DNA of 64,000 nt from the human T2T-CHM13v2.0 reference genome, Homo sapiens. The DNA lies in the NCBI RefSeq assembly GCF_009914755.1, contig NC_060940.1. One strand, 5' to 3'. How positions within the stretch are numbered: the first letter of the stretch is position 1; every line of letters starts with the position of its first letter. The translations under genes and the position numbers were made by a program. The notes beneath the pieces were generated by a model. The model worked only from the letters and a program-made list of their open reading frames with translations, was not told the origin of the DNA and did not search any database. Positions 53,699 through 64,000 of this stretch are shown here, in pieces.

Positions 53699-56600
53699 CA
53701 AACAGAAATAGCCAATTAGGATTGTAGCACCTATTCCAGAAACAGAAGCTTCCTAAGACCTCAAAGTCCCTACCCTTTTCTCTGAGTCTACCTGACTGTC
53801 CTGACACAGGTAAAAATTAATATTCTTGTTATTCTGGTCCATAAGACATATAAAATATATTTCTATTTTGTTCCTACTACTCTAAGTGCTTGTAAGTTGT
53901 GTAGGATTTTAATGCTATTATGCCATTAAAAAAGGTTCAATGAATGTGATTACAATAACTTAGGTTCTTATTTTTTGAGCTAGCTACGTGGCTCTGACCA
54001 TTGGAAAACATGATATTTGTCTTGTCTGCTTCATTAGGTTGCTGCAAGGTTTATGGAGTTAATGGATATGAAACTGCTTTGTATAATGCTATTCAGATAC
54101 AAGGAGTTGTTATGCATTTATGTATTAATAGCGTATTTATATCACTCTTCCAAAAATGACTTTATGAAGCTAATGCATATTCAATAAAATAAGAAAATGT
54201 TCCATTTAAATAAAAATTTGCTTCATAAAAGGGTGAATTTTAAAAAATAGTTATTTTATTTTGCTTTTCTCTAAACTTTAGTCTTCTACTTTTCTGGAAT
54301 CAGCCATGTGACTTGACTTAACCTGTAAGAACTTTGTGTATATTTAGAACTATGTTTCTCAAAAGAATTGATAGAATGTCCAGTAACTTGTTATACTGCC
54401 ATTTAACTAATGCTTTTTTCCTCAATAATTATTGATTTTGTTCTATGCTCCCTGTGAACATGCATAAAAAGATAAATGAGAATTATACCCTTATAGTGAT
54501 AAAAGGTAATTTCATTTTTCTATACCTTCAGGAAAAATCTAATGACCTTGATAATATGATCTAATAATTATCTCCCACCATTTATTTGTATAAGCTCTCC
54601 CAGTGTATTAGACCAAATCAAACTGCTTTTCTTGATCCCGATTCCCAAAACACCTCCAGGTGTATTGAAAGACATGTTAAGTTTCTTTTGCTCTCAATGT
54701 CTTTCTGATTCTCTAAACAGAAATGTTTCTTCATCCTCCAAGAATCAGCCCTACAATTTCCTGCTTTAATAAGTCTTCCTTATTACTTTAGTTTGGGAGA
54801 CGTAGGGAAGTGTACAGGTAATAAGTGATCTAAGGGAAAAGACTGGACTGACGGATAAATGTTTTCATCTCTCTTTTCTACCACAAGTTTGGGAAGAGTG
54901 GTCAAGTGGACATTCAATCCATGATTCAGGGACGACTGCAAATATGAGGAGAATTTGCTCCCATTCCTCTGAGATGACACTAACGTGAATGGCTTTATTA
55001 GGGAGAAATCTCCTGCCTATTTAACAACCTGACAGAATCCTGCAGCGTAAGATGGCATACTAGTCCGGAAAATCTGCCAAGATGATCCCAGCAGCACCTT
55101 ATCATTTGCAACTACTGATATGATTGTTATGACTTCATTGAACCCACCGTCAATGAAATCTTGAGCGTATTCTTTGAATTTAGGACTTTCTCCCAGCCAG
55201 GCACTCCAATCATAGAAGTGGTCATTTGGACTTGAGTGCTGTTAACTGGGCATTGTTGTTGGAGTGGCACAGTTAGTTCAGTATTACCGAGTTGATGAGG
55301 GGAGTGAGCAGAATTCATCTTTTTTCACATTGCTGCTCTCAATGGATTTTCTTCCTGAGAAGACTACAGTGAATAGAGTCCCAAACTTGTAAAACTATTT
55401 ATTGTTAAATATAAGACCCCTGTTTCTTTTCTCCACATTCCCACCCTCATGAATTTTCCAAGGTCCTCTGAGTCCTTTTCATGGGAAAATACCAACAAAA
55501 GCAGGTTGATCATGACTAGATTATCTTGGCAAAGAATAACTAAAAGGTCATTCAGTTTTTTGTCTCTGAAACAACCAACCTTCTTTGGAAGTAAATGAAA
55601 TAAGTCTCTTTGCTGCTGATTTGTTTCAAAAATAGGAAAAGGTAGAACAATAGGCACATTATGCAGAGTGTTTCTGAAAAGAACTTTTATAAATTGGTAA
55701 TTTAGAAAATCAGTGGGTTGCAGACGAGACATAGCATCCTCTGTTGAGCTTTCAGCAATAACAGAAGTGTCATTTGAGTACACTCTTTAATCAAACTTTT
55801 TACGATCTATACCCGGTCTGTGCAGAGTTGAGTACTTGGGGCTGAGTGATATATTCCAATGCCTCCTACTTACATGAGATCTAAGATGCTACTTTATCAA
55901 GCTCATTTTCCACAGGAGGGAGGTTGAGCAGACAGAGAGGCTGAGCAGTACATCCAAGGTCATGCTAAAAGTGAATGGTTGAATATGTGTTTCTCATCCT
56001 TTCCTTTTGATTCAGCACTCCTGTGTGCTTATAAAAGATGACTAACCCCAATTTGTCACTCAGCTATTTCTACATCCTTTCCTATCTGGTAAAAATTACA
56101 TTGATTTTGGCCAGGATGTCAGGGAACTACACTTATTCTCAGGAAAGGCAAAAGTCCCTCCCAGAACTGGGAAATGAATTTTAATTGATCTGAATGTTTA
56201 CTTATAATTTCAGTCCCTAATTGTTGATGGTTGCTTTAGGGGTAAACGTATAACCTGCTTTCAGCAAGCGAGACTTAAATGTAAATGTAAATGAGTTGGA
56301 GGATTCCTTTCCTGAAGTAAACCATAGCCTTTTCTGGTCCTTAAATCTATCTTGTATGGAGGCATGAGGATCTTTAGCGCTGTAATAACTATCTGTATCT
56401 ATAAGGTAAATAGTGGAGGGATAAAAACGGCTTAAGGTCCTTAGGTATATTTATGAGCTAATATGAAAAAACCTGGAAACACCTCCAGAGTTCATGCCAA
56501 GTTATCATAATTTCAAGTTTTTCAAGTTGAAGCCACTATATTCCTTTAAATTCAATTTAAAGCATTACTAGTGGACGGATGAGGTTAGCGCATATTCCAA

Positions 56601-56751
56601 GTAGAGCTTCTTGCATGCTTACAGAGAAAGTGGGGGTTACCAGGGGTAAACTAAGCCTTGAGTGAAAAAGATGGTCATTTAAGTCTAAATAGGGAAGTCT
56701 AAATCATGAAGCATAGAACTGATAACCTCCTTGAGTCACAATTAAGAATGA

Positions 56752-58095
56752 ATTTGTCAGATTCACAGTTTGCAAATGCTTTTTCTATGATGTAACTTGC
56801 CTCTTTACTATGTTGATTGTTTATTTTGCTGTGCAGAAGCTTTTTAGCTTAATTAAGATTCATGTATCTATTGTTATTTTTGTTGAGTTTGCTTTTGAGG
56901 ACTTGGTAATAAATTATTTACGTAGGCCAACATACAGAAGAGGTTTTCCCAGGTTTTCTTCTAGGATTTTTATAGTTTCAGGTCTTACATGTTATCTTGA
57001 GGTAATTTTTGTATATGGTGAGAGGTATGGGTACAGTTTTATCCTTTTCCATATGGCTATCCAGTTTTTTCTGCATCATGTATTGAATAGGGTGTCCTTT
57101 CCCCAGGGTATATTTTTGCTGACTTTTGTCATTTAGTGGGAGGTATATGGCTTATTTCTGAGTTCCCTATTCTGCTCCATTGATCCATATGTCTGTTTTT
57201 ACACTGGTGCCATGTTGTTTTGGTTACCATAGCTTTGTGGTATAATTTGAAGTCAGGCAATGTGATGCCCCCAGCTTTGTTCTTTTTGCATATGATTGTT
57301 TTGGCTATCTGGGCTTTTTTTGGGGTTTCATATGAATTTTAGGATTGTTTTCTATACTTCTGTGAAAATTGATGTTAATAATTTGATAGGGATTGCATTG
57401 AATCTATAAATTTTTTGAGAAGTGTGGCTACTTTAACAATATTGATTTTTCCAATTCATGAGCATAGGATGCTTTTCAGTTTGTCTGTGTCATCTACGAT
57501 TTATTTCATCAGTGTTTTGTAATTCTCCTAATAGAGATTTTTTTTTTACCTTCTTGTTAAATGTTCCTATGGAACTAAAAGAGCTCAAGAAGAGAAAAAG
57601 AAAAAACAAACCCATTAAAGATTGAGCAGAGTTTATGAATGGATATTTTCAAAAGAAGACATATAAGTGGCCAACAAGAAATATATGACAAAATGTTCAA
57701 CATTATTAATCATAATATACATGTAAATTAAAACCACAAGGAGATATCATCTTACACCAGTCAGAATATCTATTATTAAAAAGTCAAAAAACAACAGATG
57801 TTAATGAGGATTTGGAAGAAAGGGAACATTTATACACTGTTGGTGGGAATGTAAATTAGTACAGCTTTCATGGAAAACAGTATGGAAATGTCTCAAATAA
57901 CTAAAAACAGAACTATCATTGAACCAAACAATCCCACTGAGTATGTACCTAAGAAGAAATAAATAATTATATCAAAAAGATACCTGCATTTGTATGTTTA
58001 TCATAACACTACTCACAATAGCAAAGATATAGAATCAACCTAAGTATCCATCAAAGGAGGTATGGATGATGAAAATGTGGCATATATATATACAT

Positions 58096-58130
<35 letters not shown>

Positions 58131-58492
58131 ATATACATACACATATATGGAATACTACTCACCATTCAAAAGAATAAAATTATAGCTTCTGCAGCAACAT
58201 GGATGGAACTGGAGGCCATAATCCTAAGTGAAATAATGCAGAAACAGAAAGTCAAATATTGCATATCCTCACTTACAAGTGGGAGATAAACAATTGGTGC
58301 ACACTGACGGACTGAACTAATAGACACTAGAGACCACAAAAGTTGGAAGGATGAGAGGCAGGTGAGGATTGAAAAGTTACCTATTGGGTACAATATTCAC
58401 TATTCAGGTGATGGGTTCACTAAAAGCCCAGACTTCACCACTATGCAATATATGCATGTAAGAATTCTGTGCTTGTACCCCATATATATATA
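56752..58492 (+). mobile_element. L1MA1/2-like 3' insertion with 5' inversion (56752-57567 on -, 57568-58492 on +)
   Basis: Antisense ORF2 block, then sense ORF2 end/3'UTR ending aaagcccagacttcaccactatgcaatatatgcatgtaag. Confidence 0.85.
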
Positions 58493-58719
58493 TAGTTTGC
58501 GTAACTATATATTTATGTATAAGTTTGCACAGAAGTGTAATATTTTCAGTGTAGGGTTCAGATCAGCTGGAGATACATGGGAATTCCAGACTCTGGAAAA
58601 AGTCATAAGTAGTGTAGTCTGTGATGATATCAGACAGAAATGAAGTTGTTCTAGTAATTCAGTACAAGCCGGAATAAAAAGAAATGACACCAACATCTAG
58701 CCCCCAAAAGCTTACATAT

Positions 58720-58930
58720 GGGCAAGATTTGGCAAACTGACCCATCAGCCAAATTTGGTCTACTGCCTGTTTTTGAAAACAAACTTTTATTGGAAGACAG
58801 ATCCATCCATTGTTTATATTTTGTTAATTTGCATGGAAAAATTCAGTAGTTGAGACAGAGACCATATGGCCCACATAGCCTAAAATACTTGTTATCTTGC
58901 CCTTCATTGAAAAAGTTTCCTGACCCCTTG
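58720..58930. mobile_element. MER58A
   Basis: ttggcaaact..ctgcctgtttttg..gtagttgagacagagaccatatggcccaca..aaaaagtttcctgacccct. Confidence 0.8.
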
Positions 58931-61900
58931 TCAAATATCCAATGAGGGTTTCCTGTTCTGGAGACACAGAGAGTCCTTAGACACACAAAAAACATGGAAG
59001 ACGAGAATAAAAAGACCAAGAAAGATTGAGCATTTGAGTGGGAAAAAGGAATAGCTGCTGCCCCTTAATATTACAAAAAATGCTTTGCATTTATGCCAGT
59101 GTCTAACATTACATTAAATGTTTGTGTTTGCATAACTATATAAAAGAACAGACAAATTTATAGCTCTGCTAATATTTTACAAAGGAAATTTTTATATGCT
59201 GAACATCTGACTACCTATTGCCTCTGGTATTTAGGCAGGGAGTCTCAATAAATTATTGCAGTGCACATGCAGAATAGCTCATGCATTTATGAGAAAGTGT
59301 GTGGATAGGTTGATTTTGGCTTTGGGTGCTGAGGTAGAGGAGAGCAACAGAGTTGTGCTGACATACAAGGCCTTAGCTTTCTATTTTATCGCACAGATTA
59401 CTTTTGGCCCAAAGCCTGACTGATGTTTTACCATTACCCATCAATACGATTACACATACTTCACATCTAAAATTGCTTTTCCCAAACTAAGTGTCATAAA
59501 AAATGCAACAAAGGAAGAGATGCTTCATGGCAAGCCAAATGTTTCTACACAAAGAGAAAAATAAACATTACCTTTTCATAAAACTTGCTTTGGGAGCTGA
59601 AATTCATATAATAAATTCATAAAGAGACTTTGCTATGATAGGAATAATTTGGCCCTAAACGTGAGTTGCTTTTATTCAGGTAATAATTGCCTGGCAATTT
59701 TCGAGGTGTTTCTCCCCTTCTTTACGGCCATGTTTACAACGTTGCTAAGAAGTAGAAAGCCTAATACAGAGTGTTTTGGGGCTTAAAATTTACCCTAAGG
59801 TGTTTGAACCAGGAGAAAACACCATGACCACTGTCTTCATGAATAATTGAAACAGGAGTAAAATCTTCAACTGCACTTACTTGCATCATCAATTAAATCT
59901 AGTAATTGAAACATTATAAGGAAAATGAACTCAATAAGAGCTTTATTTTTAGGATGAAACCTTCAAAATACGGAGCAATCGCTATAAAAATTTTCTTGCA
60001 TGATCCTTTGTTTGAACTTTCTGCTTCTCTTAGTATGGATAGTGCCTAATGACCTTACATGACACAGTTCAAATATTTTCTCCTTAAATGGGGTCTGTCT
60101 TTGCTGATCCCAGTGAACCCTATAGTCTTTTGCTTACTTAGAGCCCTGAACCTGGTGTGACTACACATTTAAAAAATATCGGATGGAATTGCATAATATC
60201 TATGCTGCCTTATTATATTTAATTTTCTCTGAAGCTGCAGATGTGTGTTTGTGACAAAAATAGATTAATTTTATTCTCTTTACTCTAGAAATCCCATTTT
60301 TTCAAATAGAGTATCCTGTTCATCCTGATATTTTGTGATGTTGTGCAGATCTGTGACCTGAAATGGTAAATTGCACATTACCAGATTATTCTAAACGGGA
60401 ATGCGGAGTTGAATATCATTGACATTGTAAACTTATGTTTGTAAGATGACCAGTTTAGTGCCCAGGAGGTAATATTTTATATATGTAAGTACGTTTATGT
60501 ACATGTTATATATATTATAAATATATCACATTCTATATAATACTTTATACAAATCTTATTATGCAAAATAGATGTTATTTGAATTGTTTTATTAAATCTG
60601 TACATTAGATGCAGATTTTTATTTCCTTTTTAGAGGAACAGATTGAAAACATAGATCTTATACTCTACTGCCATTAACACAATTGAATGGCCTTAATTTC
60701 TCAATAGGATCATTTAATATTCATTTTTTAATTTCTGCATTTACACATAATATCTCTCTGGAGGCCTCTAACAGATTCTATTGCTGCAGTTTTAATGAGA
60801 ACTATCAAAGGTTACTATGAGATGATGATCTATACTTAATTCATAGATTTCCCCAGACACTTGTGTAATTCAGTGCTGTTTAGATTCTTTTCAACTTTTA
60901 TTGTCTTGAAACATTTATCCCAATTTTAACTGCATATTTAATCATTATTAGCATAACCCTTTCATTCTTCAAGTTAGTATTTTGAGAATTGATATGGAAA
61001 AATTATGGCCTCTTCAGGGAATTTAATAACTTTGCTTGTAAGGAAACACTGAAAAGTCATTTTGTGTAGGTGTGATGTTTCAAAATATGTTCTGGTCGAA
61101 TATTTTTATGTAACCAAACAGTATTGATGTTTGAGTCTTCCAAATTTTATAATTATAATTTTTTGGCATAAATGCATTGATCAGAATAAAAGATATCAAG
61201 TGCTTAGTTAAAGATGACTGATATGCATTGATTTTGGAGAATACATGTGAGTCAAAACCATATAGACATAAAAGGAAAAACCTGAATTATAATCTGGATT
61301 AAAATCTTAATTGTAAGGTTTCAGATAAGTTTTGTAATTGTGGTGAAGTGTTCTTACCTTATTTATTTTTTTCTCTTCTATCACTAGTAATATTACAAAT
61401 TTATATTCAATGAAGAGCAAATAAAAGAGTAGATGTGAATACAATAAACAGACTCAAGGAATTTTTGTTGCTGCAGTTGCTTTTATTATAGCAGGTATTG
61501 AAATGAATTATACCAGGTATATTCAAATGAAATAAAGGTTAGAGTAATTTAGTGCTATTATAATTGTATTTAAGACAAGATTTTAAATTTAGTGAAATTC
61601 TTGTCTTCAGTATTCTATTATTGGCCTACATGAGAAGAAACTTCTTGGACCGAATCCCAGCATCTTACTGCTCCTTTCTGTCTCAGTTTGTCAATCCTTC
61701 TCACTGAACTTCAGCATAACCATGCAATGGGAGAGAAGCCATGTGTGATTATTGTCTCACAGATGGATATAAAAACTGAAGTTCAAAAGAATTATGAAAA
61801 GCATCTCTGGTCATTCTCCTTATAAGTGAAAGGTTAGGTCTAGAATGTGTCTGAAGGTGTGATTCACGTGACAAGGAATCGAGAAAATTTAAAGATTTGT

Positions 61901-63439
61901 GTACAAAGAGAAGAAAAGGTCATGTTTGTCTTCCAAGTCAATAATTCAAGCGTTTGCTTTCTTGACATGTACACTTCCTATAGCTCATCTGGAGTTTTTA
62001 GTTCTTTTCATTATGTACTTGTACCAAAACTCCACTCAAGACTGACTTTGCTCATGAGACAGCTTATATCAACCTGGATGCCTTAGGTATAATAGGAAGC
62101 TTTTGTAGTATTTGGCTAATATTTTCTTATGTTTCCTTCTTAAATTTTTGGTGGGCATTCAAATTCTATAATTTTTTTTCAAAGCTCATTATTTTTTTAT
62201 CAGTGTTCTTGGAAAAAGATCAACACGAGTCTAGGTCTAGTGATCCTATTTATCTTATTTAAGTCTAGCTAGCTTGTCTCAGTCTTTTCCTTTTCTTCAT
62301 CTGAAAAATAAAGGCTTTAAAGAAGATGGTCCTCGGGGTACAATTATTTAACTCTAATAATTCTGAGATTTTTTATAAATTGCATCTCAAGTACACGTTT
62401 TAACGTTTATAGATGGATTTTGACATTCTAAATGTATTTTAAAGAAAATTTGATATTTTAATTTGTTTTAGTAGTCCTGTTTTGTTAAACACACCTCCCT
62501 GCCAGGAAACATACTAGCACTGTCTTTATACTTCCAGAGGTGATTCGGGGGATTTTGAGTGCATCATAATTGTTGACTGACTTGGAAGGTAAACTTAGAA
62601 AACAGGCAGAGACTGTACAAAGCAAAAATATCAATCGCTGACCTTCTCAGTTCCATATGCTTTTGTCAGGATGTCTTTATTTCCAACCTAGACATAGTCG
62701 ATAGCACAATTTCAAAGATGCACATTTTTTTGTCTCCATTCACATCTTTTGTTATGAAGGTGATATTCCACATAACCCATGGTACTGACTATCTGAAATC
62801 CCTATCAAGGAAGAGGCTATAGAACCACAGTCCTAACTGCCCCTGTGTATTATCTGAAATCAATCCTATATTGTTCTACATCTCTGCTGGTCTCACAGTC
62901 ACCACTAAATTATTCAATAATTTTCATTAAATGCTCACCTACTCCCATGCTCCTTTTAGACATACAAATAAAAAATCATAAATGCTAATGCATCTTTATT
63001 TTCATATTTTTTGTAGCTTGTTCACATGAAACCCAGAAGGCATAGTTTGGAGAATCCCTATATTCAAAAAAGATGGTGCCATGATATATTTCTAGCCCTA
63101 TGTGATCAGGTGAAGTTATGAAAATGATAGGGAATATGGTTGCCATAATCAAGGAATCAGATCTGTGAAGCAATTATTATAATTCAGTGTGAAAAATGCT
63201 ACAGCTAAAGTGCATGCATAGTATGGTGGAAGCATGCAGAAGAAACCCTTCACTTCTCTGGGGGATTTAGGAGGTCTTCACAGGTTACACTGTGATTTGT
63301 AACAGAAAGAATGAAAAGAGCTTTCTAGACAGACAAGACAGGTACGTGCATTTTAGGAAAATGAAGACAAAATCAAAGTCATTGTGGTATGACAGAAGAA
63401 GCCCGGCCAACTGTTAGCAAATTAATTTAAACAAAATGC

Positions 63440-63592
63440 GACTGGGCGCAGTGGCTCATGCCTGTAATCTAAGGACTATGGAACTGCTTGAGCCCAGGAG
63501 TTTGAGACCAGCCTAGACAACATGACAAAACTTCGGCTATATTAAAATTACAAAAATTAGCTGGGGTTTGTGGCATGCTCCTGAAAAAAAAG
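63440..63592 (+). mobile_element. Truncated AluJ (left arm + start of right arm, A-tail)
   Basis: gactgggcgcagtggctcatgcctgtaatc..cttgagcccaggagtttgagaccagcct..aaaaattagctggg..ctcctgaaaaaaaa. Confidence 0.8.
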
Positions 63593-64000
63593 CAAAAATG
63601 AAATCCATGTGAGCACCTGGTAGCAGCAATGGGAGATGAGACTGCAGTCATAGACAAGAGACCATGTAATACAATTCCTATAGTTCCTAATACAGATTTT
63701 GAACTCTATTCCCTAAACATGGAATAAACCATGAAAGATTTGAAGCATCGATAGAACTCTTAGATTTGTGCCTTAGTGTTTATAGGCAAGTATGATTTCC
63801 ATTTTTTTCTACATGGACAAATAGATTTGAAATGATACTAAAGTTCTGATATTGTATTATTTTAACTCTATGTATCATGCTATTTTTTTCACACTTCAAG
63901 ATCCTAATTTGGTTTAGGAGTAGAGTCTAGCAGAGATCTATATTAAAAAGTTGACTTTCATGCATTTGTTACCTTCAGCATCCTGAAATATTAATGGACA

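Noticed and set aside
55364-55783. 139-aa minus-strand ORF / possible processed pseudogene
   Set aside because: Non-ATG start, no recognisable homology, and no poly(A) or TSD seen.

Overview
AT-rich, CpG-depleted primate (most likely human) non-coding DNA, dominated by transposable-element remnants. These include L1MA/L1PB/L1PA and L2 LINEs, about 9 Alus, MIRs, ERVL/ERV1/MaLR LTRs, and Tigger/MER/MADE1 DNA transposons, plus microsatellites. No protein-coding gene, structural RNA gene or CRISPR array is supported. The ORF-track hits are short repeat-derived or chance ORFs; one preserves a decayed ERVL dUTPase motif. Repeat family names come from recalled consensus sequences, not a database search, so subfamily calls and many boundaries are approximate. 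I see no evidence of a new multi-component biological system. The most unusual items are mutational-mechanism scars visible directly in the sequence: (i) a CpG-rich palindromic 26-bp minisatellite inside an L1PB1; (ii) a MADE1 hairpin whose centre holds an exact 27-bp copy of DNA about 835 bp away, next to a fold-back inverted duplication; (iii) an Alu with a twin-priming-type 5' inversion; (iv) a TSD-flanked near-full-length old L1 with an inverted-repeat scar at an endonuclease-domain deletion.
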